Source: an uncultured Gemmatimonadales bacterium (lineage in GTDB: Bacteria > Gemmatimonadota > Gemmatimonadetes > Longimicrobiales > RSA9). Taken from it: DNA of 64,000 bases. The stretch's first letter is position 1, and each line of letters begins with the position of its first letter. The translations under genes and the position numbers were made by a program. Location of the stretch: the NCBI GenBank assembly GCA_963783305.1, contig CAWAMW010000007.1, positions 192,001-256,000 on the forward strand, read 5' to 3'. Below the pieces are notes generated by a model, which saw only the letters and a list, made by a program, of their open reading frames with translations, was not told where the DNA came from and ran no database searches. Below, one piece after another: positions 1 to 10,151 of this stretch.

Positions 1-1298
1 CACGGCTGGATGAGCGCAGGGCGACGCTGGACCGCAAGGACGACCTGATGGACGAGAAGGAGCGCGCCCTGGAAGAACGCGATCAGGCGCTCCAGGGGCG
101 GGCGGCCGAGGTCGCCGCATCCGAGGACGAGCTTCGGTCGCGTCAGGACGAGGCGCGCAGACGGCTGGAAGCGCTGGCGGGGATGTCGGCCGAAAGCGCG
201 CGCAAGGAGCTCATCAGCAATCTCGAGGACGAGGCGCGAGCGGAGGCCGCGAACACCCTGCGCTCCATCAAGGAGACGGCCACCCGGGACGCCGACCGCG
301 AGGCCAAGAACATCATTGGCCAGGCCATTCAGCGCGTCGCCGCCGATCACACGGCGGAGAGCGTGGTGTCGGTCGTGACCCTCCCGTCCGACGAGATGAA
401 GGGCCGGATCATCGGCCGCGAGGGACGCAACATCCGCGCATTCGAGCAGGAGACCGGCGTGGACGTCGTCATCGACGATACGCCCGAGGCCGTGGTCCTC
501 TCGGCCTTCGACCCGGTCCGTCGTGAGGTCGCCCGGATCTCGCTGGAAAAGCTGGTGGCGGACGGCCGCATCCACCCCGGTCGCATCGAGGAGGTGGTGG
601 CGCAGAGCCGGACGGAGGTGGAAGAGGGGATGGTGCGGGCTGCCGAGGAGGTCCTCTACGACCTGGGGATCCACGGCGTCGCGCCCGAGATCACGCGGGT
701 CCTCGGCCGGCTGAAGTTCAGGACCTCCTACGGCCAGAACCAGCTGTTACATTCCAAGGAGGTGGCGGTGCTGGCGGGAAACATGGCGCTGGAGATGGAC
801 CTGGACGCCGCCATGGCCCGCCGGATGGGACTGCTGCACGATGTGGGGAAGGGGCTGACGCACGAGCACGAAGGCACGCACGTGGAGCTCGGCTACGACC
901 TGTGCAAGCGGTACGGTGAGGGGGACATGGTGCTGAACGCCATCAAGGCGCACCACGACGAGGAGCCCCATCGTTACCCGGAAACCTTCCTCGTCACGGC
1001 CGGTGACGCCATCAGCGGGGCTCGCCCCGGCGCCCGGCGGGAGATGTTCGAGACGTACGTCAAGCGTCTCGAGAAGCTGGAAGGGATCGCCCAGGGCTTC
1101 GATGGGGTGGAGCGCTGCTACGCGATCCAGGCGGGGCGGGAGATCCGGGTCATGGTGGATCCGGAGAAAGCCCGCGACACCGACATGGCGCAGTTGAGCG
1201 AGAAGATCGCGCGTACTCTGGAGGAAGAGCTCCAGTACCCAGGCCAGATCAAGGTCGTGGTCATTCGGGAGACACGCGCGGTGGATTTCGCACGCTGA
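1..1298 (+). CDS. rny: Ribonuclease Y (5'-partial; frame is open from the window start)
   Basis: Coiled-coil N-part, KH motif MKGRIIGREGRNIR, HD domain (GLLHDVGK, AHH, DAISGARPGAR), C-terminal YPGQIKVVVIRE. Confidence 0.95.
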   Translation, partial: RLDERRATLDRKDDLMDEKERALEERDQALQGRAAEVAASEDELRSRQDEARRRLEALAGMSAESARKELISNLEDEARAEAANTLRSIKETATRDADREAKNIIGQAIQRVAADHTAESVVSVVTLPSDEMKGRIIGREGRNIRAFEQETGVDVVIDDTPEAVVLSAFDPVRREVARISLEKLVADGRIHPGRIEEVVAQSRTEVEEGMVRAAEEVLYDLGIHGVAPEITRVLGRLKFRTSYGQNQLLHSKEVAVLAGNMALEMDLDAAMARRMGLLHDVGKGLTHEHEGTHVELGYDLCKRYGEGDMVLNAIKAHHDEEPHRYPETFLVTAGDAISGARPGARREMFETYVKRLEKLEGIAQGFDGVERCYAIQAGREIRVMVDPEKARDTDMAQLSEKIARTLEEELQYPGQIKVVVIRETRAVDFAR

Positions 1299-1323
1299 CG
1301 CCTCAACCCGAGAGATAGAGGCA

Positions 1324-2235
1324 ATGGCCAAGATCATAGATGGCAGGGCGCTCGCGCAGGAGATACGGGAGGAAATCCGTCAGGAGGCGGAGTCCTTCCA
1401 CGGTGAGACCGGCACTCGACCGGGGCTCGCCACCGTGCTGGTGGGGGATGACCCCGCCAGCCATCAGTACGTCCGGATGAAGGGCAAGGCCGCGGACCAG
1501 GCCGGCTTCCACTCCCAGCAGATCACGCTCCCCGGCAATACGCCTCACGAGGAGCTCCTCGGCGTGGTGGAGGGACTGAACGCCGACCCGGAGATCCACG
1601 GGATCCTCGTCCAGCTCCCGCTGCCCGCTCAGATCGATGAGGACGAGATCATCGAGGCCATCGACCCCGCCAAGGACGTCGACGGGTTCCACCCGGTGAA
1701 CGTGGGCCGGCTCGCCATCGGCGATGAGGACATCCTCGCGCCCTGTACACCGGCGGGGATCGTGGAGATGCTCATTCGGTACGGCTACGATCCGGCCGGC
1801 AAGCACGTGGTGGTGGTCGGTCGGTCCAACATCGTGGGCAAGCCCCTGGCTCTCCTCCTCCTGCGGAAGGGCCGCGGCGGGAACGCGACAGTGACGATCG
1901 CCCACAGCCGCACGCCGGACCTCGGCGCGCTCACCCGCGAAGCGGACATCGTGGTGGCCGCGGTGGGCCGTCCGAACACGGTGACGCGCGACATGGTCCG
2001 GAAGGGCGTGGTGGTCATCGACGTGGGCTCCAACCGGATCGACGACCCCAGCGATGAGCGCGGGTACCGCTGGGTGGGTGATGTGGACTATGACGGCGTA
2101 TCGGAAGTGGCCGAGGCGATCACGCCGGTCCCGGGGGGCGTGGGTCCCATGACGATCACCATGCTGCTCAAGAATACGCTCGAGGCCGCCAAGCGGGCGG
2201 CTGCCGGCCGAGCGATCCAGGGCGCGGGGGCGTAG
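1324..2235 (+). CDS. folD: Bifunctional methylene-THF dehydrogenase/cyclohydrolase
   Basis: GILVQLPLP, KDVDGFHP, PCTPAG, GRSNIVGKP, TPVPGGVGPMT motifs. Confidence 0.97.
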   Translation: MAKIIDGRALAQEIREEIRQEAESFHGETGTRPGLATVLVGDDPASHQYVRMKGKAADQAGFHSQQITLPGNTPHEELLGVVEGLNADPEIHGILVQLPLPAQIDEDEIIEAIDPAKDVDGFHPVNVGRLAIGDEDILAPCTPAGIVEMLIRYGYDPAGKHVVVVGRSNIVGKPLALLLLRKGRGGNATVTIAHSRTPDLGALTREADIVVAAVGRPNTVTRDMVRKGVVVIDVGSNRIDDPSDERGYRWVGDVDYDGVSEVAEAITPVPGGVGPMTITMLLKNTLEAAKRAAAGRAIQGAGA

Positions 2236-3461
2236 TGAGCGGTACGCTGGACCTGTTCGCCGCTGCGGAAGCCGAGCGGCAGACGCGGAAGGACGCCACC
2301 GACCGCCCGTCCGGGGCCGGTGGCGAGTCCCGGGTCTCCTACAGCGTCAGCGGTCTGAACCGACTGGTCCGGGAGATCCTGGACCAGTCGCTTCCCCCCG
2401 TCTGGGTGGCCGGCGAAGTCGGAAACTGGACCCGCTCCGCTCGCGGCCACTGCTATTTCTCGCTCCGCGACTCGGACGCTCAGATCCGGTGCGTCCTCTT
2501 CTCCAGCGACGCGCGGCGTCTCCCCGCCGAGCCCGAGGAAGGGATGAGCGTGCGGGTCTTCGGGACCGTGACGCTCTACGAGCCGCGGGGCGAGTACCAG
2601 TTCACGGTGCGGGAACTGGAGGCCACGGAGGCCGGTGGGCTCTGGCGTCTCGCGTTCGAGAAGCTCCGCCTCAAGCTGGAGCGTGAGGGGCTGCTGGCGC
2701 CGGAGCGGAAACGGGCGCTGCCGCGGAGCCCGAAGCGGGTGGGCGTCGTCACCTCGCCCGTGGGCGCCGCGGTCCACGATGTGCTGCGCACGATCGAGCA
2801 GCGCGCGCCCTGGACCACGGTGGTGCTGAGCCCCACCCGCGTGCAGGGGGAGGGGGCGGAGGTGGAGATCGCCGCTGCGCTGGATCGGTTGGCCCGTCAT
2901 GGCGACGTGGACGTGATCATCATTGGGCGCGGTGGCGGCTCCGTCGAGGATCTGTGGGCGTTCAACCGGGAAGAGGTGGCGCGCGCGATTGCGTGCTGCC
3001 CGGTGCCGGTAGTGAGCGCGGTGGGTCACGAGGTGGACGTCACCATCGCCGACCTGGTGGCGGATCATCGCGCCGCCACGCCCTCGGCCGCCGCGGAGCG
3101 GGTGGTGCTGGACGGTGCGGACATCCGCAGGCACCTCCGCACGGCCGCCATCCGTCTTCGGAGCGCCACGGGGCGGGTCCTCGACAGCCGGCGCCGGGCC
3201 GTGGAAGACCTGGGCGAGGCGCTGGAATCGTGCGTCGTGGACATGATCGACTCCCGGAGTGTGCGCCTGGGACGTGCGGCGGAGAAGCTGGAGGCGCTCT
3301 CCCCGCTGGCGGCGCTCGGGCGCGGATACGCGGTGGCGCAGGGAGAGGGTGGCCGGGTGCTCCGTCGCGTGGGCGACTTCAGAACGGGCTCGCGGGTTCA
3401 CCTGCGGGTGGTGGATGGGCGCGTGGAGTGTGTGGTGAACGGAACGGAGAGGGATGACTGA
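2235..3461 (+). CDS. xseA: Exodeoxyribonuclease VII large subunit
   Basis: GHCYFSLRD OB fold, GRGGGSVEDLWAFN, SAVGHEVD, ATPSAAAE; GTG start overlaps folD stop. Confidence 0.95.
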   Translation: MSGTLDLFAAAEAERQTRKDATDRPSGAGGESRVSYSVSGLNRLVREILDQSLPPVWVAGEVGNWTRSARGHCYFSLRDSDAQIRCVLFSSDARRLPAEPEEGMSVRVFGTVTLYEPRGEYQFTVRELEATEAGGLWRLAFEKLRLKLEREGLLAPERKRALPRSPKRVGVVTSPVGAAVHDVLRTIEQRAPWTTVVLSPTRVQGEGAEVEIAAALDRLARHGDVDVIIIGRGGGSVEDLWAFNREEVARAIACCPVPVVSAVGHEVDVTIADLVADHRAATPSAAAERVVLDGADIRRHLRTAAIRLRSATGRVLDSRRRAVEDLGEALESCVVDMIDSRSVRLGRAAEKLEALSPLAALGRGYAVAQGEGGRVLRRVGDFRTGSRVHLRVVDGRVECVVNGTERDD

Positions 3462-3687
3462 GCCGCAGGAAGGACTGGAAGACCGGCTGGGCAAGCTGGA
3501 GTCCATCGTGGACCGGCTGGAGCGCGACGAGCTCGAGCTGCAGGAGGCGCTGGATCTGTTCGAGGAAGGGATCACGCACGTCCGTGAGGCCCACCGGGTG
3601 CTGGAAGGGAGCAAGCTGCGCGTGGAGAAGCTGGTGGTGGAGCTGGATGGCTCCACCACCCTGGAGCACCAGTCGCCGGACGAATGA
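3454..3687 (+). CDS. xseB: Exodeoxyribonuclease VII small subunit
   Basis: 77 aa, LESIVDRLE...LQEALDLFEEG pattern; directly after xseA. Confidence 0.92.
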   Translation: MTEPQEGLEDRLGKLESIVDRLERDELELQEALDLFEEGITHVREAHRVLEGSKLRVEKLVVELDGSTTLEHQSPDE

Positions 3688-4592
3688 CGGCGCTCCTGCT
3701 TGAGTCCTTTCTCGATCGGGAGCGGGAGCGGGTCGACCACGCGCTCGCGGGAGCGGTGGACGTCCCTCACGCCGGCGGAGCCGTGGAGGCTGTCGCCGGC
3801 GCGGTGCGATACGCGGTCGGCGCGGGTGGGAAGCGTCTTCGCCCGATCCTGTGTGTGGCGGCCTACCGGGCTTTCCACGACCGCGTGCCACCGGCGCTCT
3901 ACCGCCTCGCGGCCTCTCTCGAGCTGATCCACACCTACTCGCTGGTCCACGACGACCTGCCGAGCATGGATGACGACGACATGCGTCGCGGGCGTCCGGC
4001 CACGCACATCGCCCATGGCGTGGCCACCGCCACCGTGGCCGGGGCTGCGCTCATCCCGGCTGCCGCGCGACTGGTCAGCGCGGCTGGAAAGGAGCTCGGC
4101 CTCGCCGATGACCGCAGAGCGGACCTGGTGCGGACGCTGTGTCGAGCCGCGGGGGGCGGCGGGATGGTGGGGGGACAGCTCCTGGATCTGAGCGCGGAAG
4201 GGCGCGCGGTAACGTTGCCGGAGCTCGAGCGGATCCACGCCATGAAGACGGGCGCATTGCTCGCGGCCGCCCCCGTTCTCGGTGGCATGGCCGCCGGCGC
4301 GGACCGCGTAGCTCTGGACGCGCTGGCCGTCTACGGCGCTGGCCTGGGTCTGGCGTTCCAGGTGACGGATGATATTCTGGACGTGACCGGCAGCAGCCAC
4401 CGCCTCGGCAAAACGGCGGGCCGCGACACGCAGCTGGAGAAGGCGACGTATCCCGCGCTGGCGGGCCTCGAAGAGGCGCGGCGACGGGCGAAGCGGGAGG
4501 TGGAGGTGGCGCTGGCGGCGCTGGATGCCGCCAGGCTGGAGTCGGAGGAACTCAGGGCGCTGGGCCGGTACGCGGTCGAGCGGGATCGTTGA
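3684..4592 (+). CDS. ispA: Polyprenyl (farnesyl/geranylgeranyl) diphosphate synthase
   Basis: GGKRLRP, HDDLPSMDDDDMRRG, FQVTDDILD motifs; xseB-ispA-dxs synteny. Confidence 0.92.
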   Translation: MTALLLESFLDRERERVDHALAGAVDVPHAGGAVEAVAGAVRYAVGAGGKRLRPILCVAAYRAFHDRVPPALYRLAASLELIHTYSLVHDDLPSMDDDDMRRGRPATHIAHGVATATVAGAALIPAAARLVSAAGKELGLADDRRADLVRTLCRAAGGGGMVGGQLLDLSAEGRAVTLPELERIHAMKTGALLAAAPVLGGMAAGADRVALDALAVYGAGLGLAFQVTDDILDVTGSSHRLGKTAGRDTQLEKATYPALAGLEEARRRAKREVEVALAALDAARLESEELRALGRYAVERDR

Positions 4593-4608
4593 TGCAGGGG
4601 AGGACTAC

Positions 4609-6510
4609 GTGTCGTTGCTCGAGCAGATAACGTCGCCGGCGGACGTCCGGCGGCTGGACTCGTCGCAGCTGGACGAGCTGGCGGTGGATGTGCGGCAGCG
4701 GCTGGTGGACGTCATCAGCAAGCTCGGCGGCCATTTCGCCCCGGGTCTCGGGGTGGTGGAGCTGACCATCGCCCTCCACTACGTCTTCAACACGCCCACC
4801 GACCGGTTGGTGTGGGACGTGGGCCACCAGGGCTATCCGCACAAGATCCTGACGGGACGAAACGAGCGCTTTCCCACGATCCGGCAGAAGGACGGGCTCT
4901 CCGGCTTTCTCAAGCGAGAGGAGTCGGAATACGACAGCTTCGGCGCCGGCCACGCGGCCACGTCCATCTCCGCTGCGTACGGCATGGCAACGGCCCGCGA
5001 CCTCAGCGGCAAGCACAACAAGGTGGTGGCGATCATCGGCGATGGCTCGCTCACGAGCGGGATCGCCTACGAGGCGCTGAACAACGCCGGCCACAGCGAG
5101 CGCGACCTCATTGTCATTCTGAACGACAACGAGATGTCGATCGCCCCCAACGTGGGGGCCATGAACAAGTACCTCACCAAGCTCCGGACCAGCCCGGTCT
5201 ACAACCGACTCCGCGAGGAGGTGAAAGGCATCATCCACCGGCTTCCTGTCCCCATGGAGCATCTGGCGGTCAGGCTGGATGACAGCTTGAAGAACATGGT
5301 GGTGCCGGGCATGGTCTTCGAGGACCTCGGCTTCCGGTACGTCGGACCGATCGATGGTCACGACACGGACGAACTCGTCGAGACCCTCTTGAACGTGAGG
5401 GACATGCAGGGCCCGCGCGTCGTGCACGTCCTCACGCAGAAGGGGAAGGGCTACCCCCAGGCGGAGGAGGACCCGGTTGGCTGGCACGGCGCCAAGCCGT
5501 TCGACAAGATCAGCGGTGAGATCCACAAGAAGAAGGCCGGGCTCCCGGCCTACACCAGTGTGTTCGGCCGCGGCCTGGTGGAGCTGGGCGCGCGGGACGA
5601 GCGGGTGACCGTGATCACCGCGGCCATGCCGGACGGGACGGGGACTGGCGCTTTCGCAAAGGCGTATCCCGACCGATTCTTCGACGTGGGGATCGCCGAA
5701 GGGCACGGTGTGACCTTCGCCACGGGAATGGCAGCGGAGGGGATGCGGCCGGTGGCGGCCATCTACTCGACGTTCCTCCAGCGCGCCTACGACTCCATCA
5801 TCCACGATGCCGCTATCCAGAAGCTGCCGGTCGTGTTTGCCATGGACCGTGCGGGCCTGGTCGGCAACGACGGTCCCACACACATGGGACTCTACGACAT
5901 CCCATACCTTCTGACGGTGCCGAACACGGTGATCACCGCACCCAAGGACGGCGCGGAGATGCTGGCGCTGCTCCGGCTTGGAGTGCGGGAAGCCCATGGT
6001 CCATTCACGCTCCGCTACCCCCGCGACGCGGTGCCCACGGACGTCCCGGCGCTGGATGAGATCCCGGAGATCGAGATGGGCAGCTGGGAGGTGCTCCGGG
6101 AGGGCTCGGACGTGGCGCTCCTGGCTACCGGTACCATGGTCCTGCCGGCCGTGGCGGCCGCCGACCTCCTGCTAGAGCAGGGCGTGCGGGCCACGGTGGT
6201 GAACTGTCGTTTCATAAAGCCCATGGACGAGAAGGTGCTGGAATGGGCCCTCTCCTCCCACCGCACCATCCTGACCGTGGAGGAGGGGGTGGCACTCAAC
6301 GGGTTCGGGTCCTGCGTCGCCGCGCGCGCCTCCGATCGGGATTCCGGTGACCGGCCGCGCGTCCGGACGCTGGGAGTGCCCGACCGCCTCATCGACCACG
6401 CGTCGCGCGCCCAGCAGCTCGAGGAAGTGGGGCTGACGCCCGAGGGGATCGCCGCGACAGCCCGTGAGCTCGCGCCGCTCGGCGTGGCCGACGGTCGCGA
6501 AACCGCATGA
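4609..6510 (+). CDS. dxs: 1-deoxy-D-xylulose-5-phosphate synthase
   Basis: WDVGHQGYPHK, GDGSLTSG...NDN TPP motif, DVGIAEGH, YSTFLQRAYD; GTG 4609 after GGAGG RBS. Confidence 0.96.
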   Translation: MSLLEQITSPADVRRLDSSQLDELAVDVRQRLVDVISKLGGHFAPGLGVVELTIALHYVFNTPTDRLVWDVGHQGYPHKILTGRNERFPTIRQKDGLSGFLKREESEYDSFGAGHAATSISAAYGMATARDLSGKHNKVVAIIGDGSLTSGIAYEALNNAGHSERDLIVILNDNEMSIAPNVGAMNKYLTKLRTSPVYNRLREEVKGIIHRLPVPMEHLAVRLDDSLKNMVVPGMVFEDLGFRYVGPIDGHDTDELVETLLNVRDMQGPRVVHVLTQKGKGYPQAEEDPVGWHGAKPFDKISGEIHKKKAGLPAYTSVFGRGLVELGARDERVTVITAAMPDGTGTGAFAKAYPDRFFDVGIAEGHGVTFATGMAAEGMRPVAAIYSTFLQRAYDSIIHDAAIQKLPVVFAMDRAGLVGNDGPTHMGLYDIPYLLTVPNTVITAPKDGAEMLALLRLGVREAHGPFTLRYPRDAVPTDVPALDEIPEIEMGSWEVLREGSDVALLATGTMVLPAVAAADLLLEQGVRATVVNCRFIKPMDEKVLEWALSSHRTILTVEEGVALNGFGSCVAARASDRDSGDRPRVRTLGVPDRLIDHASRAQQLEEVGLTPEGIAATARELAPLGVADGRETA

Positions 6511-7430
6511 CCGACGGCCGCGGGCCTATCCGTAGGGTCGGCATCGTCGGGCAGACGCGGGGCCCCGACGTCGAGCGGGCCGCGCGAGCGCTGAGCCGGC
6601 TCGCCCGCGACCACGAGCTGGAGCTTTGCCCGGAACCGGGGCTCGAGGACCTGTTCGACGGGTCCTGCGACTTCGTCCCCGGCCGACTGGATCTGCTCAT
6701 CAGCCTGGGCGGCGATGGCACCCTGCTGCGCGGCGCCCGGCTCGTCGCCGCACACCACACGCCTGTTCTGGGCGTCAACCTCGGCCACCTGGGGTTCCTC
6801 ACGTCCGTTAGCCCGAACGAGCTGGAGACGGCCCTCGGCGCGGTGATGGCCGGCGACTACTGGCTGGAGACCCGTTTCACCCTGGAAGCGCGGGTCCTCC
6901 GCGCCGATGGGTCGGAGAGCGCACAGTACATGGCGCTGAACGATGCGGTCCTGCACAAGGGTGGTTTCGCGCGCGTCATCCGGCTCGCCGTCTTTGTGGG
7001 CGAGGATCGGGAGGAGGTGGGCGAATACACGGCGGACGGCATTATCCTGGCCACACCCACCGGGTCTACGGCCTACTCCCTCTCCGCGGGTGGGGCGATC
7101 GTCGCGCCCTCTATGGAGTGCATTCTCGCCACGCCCATCTCCCCTCACACACTGGCCGTGCGCCCGCTGGTGCTCCCGGCGGACACGCGCATCGAGGTGG
7201 AGATTCGGCAGCCGAGCACGGAGGTCGTGCTTACGGTGGACGGACAGGAGGGCGAGGCGCTCGTCAACCGTGATCGGCTGGTGGTGGAGCGGGGTGACGC
7301 GTCCGTCCCCCTGGTGCGGATGCCGGGGCAGAGCTTCTTCTCCACGCTGCGCCGCAAGCTCCACTGGGGCGTGGGATCCTCCGAGCGGTCCAGCCCGGGG
7401 ATGCTCGGAGACGGCCCGTCCGCGTCATGA
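6507..7430 (+). CDS. nadK: NAD kinase
   Basis: GGDGT, GHLGFL, NDAV, ATPTGSTAYSLSAGG motifs. Confidence 0.95.
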   Translation: MTDGRGPIRRVGIVGQTRGPDVERAARALSRLARDHELELCPEPGLEDLFDGSCDFVPGRLDLLISLGGDGTLLRGARLVAAHHTPVLGVNLGHLGFLTSVSPNELETALGAVMAGDYWLETRFTLEARVLRADGSESAQYMALNDAVLHKGGFARVIRLAVFVGEDREEVGEYTADGIILATPTGSTAYSLSAGGAIVAPSMECILATPISPHTLAVRPLVLPADTRIEVEIRQPSTEVVLTVDGQEGEALVNRDRLVVERGDASVPLVRMPGQSFFSTLRRKLHWGVGSSERSSPGMLGDGPSAS

Positions 7431-7460
7431 CCCCGGCGGAGTCGCCGACCCGTCCGGCTA

Positions 7461-7490
7461 TTGATCCCGCCCGGCCCGACTCCCTATCAT
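7461..7490 (+). promoter_or_regulatory. Putative sigma70 promoter of recN (leaderless)
   Basis: TTGATC-18 bp-TATCAT, 7 nt before the ATG, no SD. Confidence 0.55.
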
Positions 7491-7497
7491 CGCAGCC

Positions 7498-9159
7498 ATG
7501 TTGATCGAGCTCCGGATCGAGAACTTCGCGGTGATCGACCGTCTGCACATCCGCCTGAAGCCCGGGCTGAATGTCCTGACCGGCGAGACCGGGGCGGGAA
7601 AATCGATCATCGTGGGCGCCCTGTCTCTCCTCCTCGGGGAGCGGGCTTCCTCCGATGCGGTGCGGACCGGAGCATCACGAGCGGTCGTGGAGGGGGTTTT
7701 CGACGTGGAGGGGAGGGAGGACGTACTCGGGCTCCTCGCCGAGCAGGGGATCGCCGCGGAGGACGGGCTCCTGATCCTGCGCCGTGAGGTGGCCGCCGAA
7801 GGACGCAATCGCGCGTGGGTGAACGGCTCCGCCAGCACCGCTGGACTGGTGGGCGACCTGGGGACGGGGCTCGTGGATCTCCACGGTCAGCACGAGCACC
7901 AGGCGCTTCTCCGCGTGGACGCGCAGCGCGACATCCTCGACGCCTACGCCGACCACACTCACCTCGCCGCCGAGATGCTCGCCACTCACGCCGACCTCGC
8001 GGACGTCCGGCGCGGGCTCGAGGCGCTCGATGAGCGGCGGCGGGAGATCGAGCTGCGCTCCGACTTCCTCCGGTTCCAGCTCGAAGAAATCGACAAGGCG
8101 GAGATCGACCGGGACGAGGAGCAGGCGCTGGAGGAGGAGAGCCGTCGGCTGGAGCACGCCGAGGACCTGGCGCGCCTGTCGGAGGCCCTGCACCAGGGGC
8201 TCTACGAAAGCGAGACGGCGGTGGCGGAGGTCTTGGGAGCGCTGCGGAGACAGCTCGACGAGCTGATCCGCATTGACGCCTCGGAGGAGCCCGCACGTGA
8301 GCTGCTGGAGACGGCCTACTACAACGTCGAGGAGCTCGGCCGCCGGATGGGCGATTATGCCAGCCGGGTCGAGCACGACCCCGGGCGGCTGGACCACATC
8401 CAGCGCCGGCGGGACCTCCTCTACAGGCTCAAGGCGAAGTACGGCGGGACGCTCGAGGAAGTGCTGGAGACCGCCCGGGCCGCCCGGGATGAGCTCGAGA
8501 TCCTGGAGAGCTCCAGCCTCGAGCGGAAAGCGCTGGAGAAGCGGCGAGACGATGTCCTGCAGCGTGTGGCAGACGTAGCCGGCCGCCTGTCCACGGCCAG
8601 GGCAGACGCGGCCGAACGGCTCGCCCGGGAGGTACAGCAGGTGCTACCGCAGCTCGGGCTCGAAGGCGCTCGGTTCCACGTCGGCCTCGACCCCCTCGAC
8701 GAGCCCGGACCCCACGGCGCCGAGCGCGTGGAGTTCCTTGTCGCGGTCAACGTCGGGTTCGAGCCGCGGCCCCTGGCCCGCGTGGCCTCCGGCGGTGAGC
8801 TGTCCCGGATCATGCTCGCACTCAAGACCATCCTCGCCCGCGTCGATGCCGTCCCCACGCTGGTCTTCGATGAGATCGATGCCGGCATCGGAGGCCGCGT
8901 GGCCGTGCAGGTGGGCGCTGAGCTGCGGGGCGTTGCGGCCCACCACCAGGTCTTCGCCATCACGCACCTCCCGCAGATCGCCTGCCGCGCCGACCACCAC
9001 CTGCTGGTGCTGAAGGGCGAGACGGGCGGCATGACCCGCACTTCCCTGGAGGAGCTCGACGCCGAACAGCGGGTTCGGGAACTCGCTCGCATGCTCGGCG
9101 GGGACCCTGAGAGCGAGACCAGCCTGGATCATGCGCGGGAGCTGTTGCGGGCGGGGTAG
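7498..9159 (+). CDS. recN: DNA repair protein RecN
   Basis: Walker A TGETGAGKS, HGQHEHQ, SGGELSR, FDEIDAGIGG, ITHLPQIA. Confidence 0.97.
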   Translation: MLIELRIENFAVIDRLHIRLKPGLNVLTGETGAGKSIIVGALSLLLGERASSDAVRTGASRAVVEGVFDVEGREDVLGLLAEQGIAAEDGLLILRREVAAEGRNRAWVNGSASTAGLVGDLGTGLVDLHGQHEHQALLRVDAQRDILDAYADHTHLAAEMLATHADLADVRRGLEALDERRREIELRSDFLRFQLEEIDKAEIDRDEEQALEEESRRLEHAEDLARLSEALHQGLYESETAVAEVLGALRRQLDELIRIDASEEPARELLETAYYNVEELGRRMGDYASRVEHDPGRLDHIQRRRDLLYRLKAKYGGTLEEVLETARAARDELEILESSSLERKALEKRRDDVLQRVADVAGRLSTARADAAERLAREVQQVLPQLGLEGARFHVGLDPLDEPGPHGAERVEFLVAVNVGFEPRPLARVASGGELSRIMLALKTILARVDAVPTLVFDEIDAGIGGRVAVQVGAELRGVAAHHQVFAITHLPQIACRADHHLLVLKGETGGMTRTSLEELDAEQRVRELARMLGGDPESETSLDHARELLRAG

Positions 9160-9198
9160 GGGATGCATTTCCCCGGAGTCACGACCTCGCATCTCGGG

Positions 9199-9227
9199 TT
9201 GACTCCGGCGTCCCCCCCGGATACTTT
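9199..9227 (+). promoter_or_regulatory. Putative sigma70 promoter of the tRNA-Gly/tRNA-Cys operon
   Basis: TTGACT-17 bp-TACTTT. Confidence 0.55.
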
Positions 9228-9404
9228 ACGAGGCCTGTTCGGGGTGAGCATTCTGATCCCGGCGGACGAGGCGGTGAGCCGACTGCACGCAGGAGTTGGG
9301 TGCGGTGGGACCATTTGAGTTCTCGCAACGCTTCGCGTCGCGAGACCTTGCTGCCTCTGGAGGCAGCAGGGAAGGACGGCGCTTACTGCGCCGAGCAGTA
9401 TTAT

Positions 9405-9477
9405 GCGGGACTAGCTCAGTTGGTAGAGCGTCACGTTGCCAACGTGAAGGTCGCCGGTTCGAGCCCGGTGTCCCGCT
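9405..9477 (+). tRNA. tRNA-Gly (GCC)
   Basis: Cloverleaf: acceptor GCGGGAC/GTCCCGC, anticodon arm TCACG-TTGCCAA-CGTGA, T-loop TTCGAGC; CCA not encoded. Confidence 0.97.
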
Positions 9478-9514
9478 CTGGCGGCCCCGGTCGATCGGCC
9501 GGGGCCGTTTGTAC

Positions 9515-9586
<72 letters not shown>

Positions 9587-9807
9587 CTTGAAGTAACAGA
9601 GCCCTCGCTGTTCTCGGGGACGGGGGCCTTCTTTCTGTTCCGCCGTGCAATCCTCAACACCACTTCGCGGAGCGTAGCCCCCACCGCCCGTTTCGCTGAT
9701 CCGTACCACCGGGGCCCCCGTCCGGCGGATGCCGGCGGTCTGGACACGTCGACCCGGCGGCGCCATCATGTCGGGCGGGCGGGATTCACATGTGGGCGGG
9801 AGGTCGT

Positions 9808-10029
9808 ATGACACGGGACGAGGGGGTGGCGGTACGGGTGGTGATCCTCGAGCTCGAGGGTGATGACTACCGCAACGTGTACGTGCGACTGCACGAGGAA
9901 GCCCGCGTCGTCGAGATCTTCACGATCAACGAATCCGACGGGCCCGGCGACCTGGTGGCCACGGCGCCGCTCGACAATACGCTCATTGAATGGACGGCGG
10001 GGACAGCGGCGCGGTATCCAAACCGGTAA
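9808..10029 (+). CDS. Small hypothetical protein (73 aa)
   Basis: GGGAGG RBS before ATG 9808, G/C-ending codon bias, followed by a hairpin. Confidence 0.6.
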   Translation: MTRDEGVAVRVVILELEGDDYRNVYVRLHEEARVVEIFTINESDGPGDLVATAPLDNTLIEWTAGTAARYPNR

Positions 10030-10060
10030 GCTGAAGCCGGCTGCATATTCCGGACGCGAA

Positions 10061-10092
10061 GACGGGCCCCCGATCGGGATCGGGGGCCCGTC
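10061..10092. terminator. Hairpin between convergent genes (probable bidirectional terminator)
   Basis: Perfect inverted repeat GACGGGCCCCCGATC-GG-GATCGGGGGCCCGTC. Confidence 0.7.
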
Positions 10093-10151
10093 TGTCCGGG
10101 CGGGTTCTGTACGGGTCCTCTATCGCTCGGCGCCCCTCGGCAGGCGAGCGG

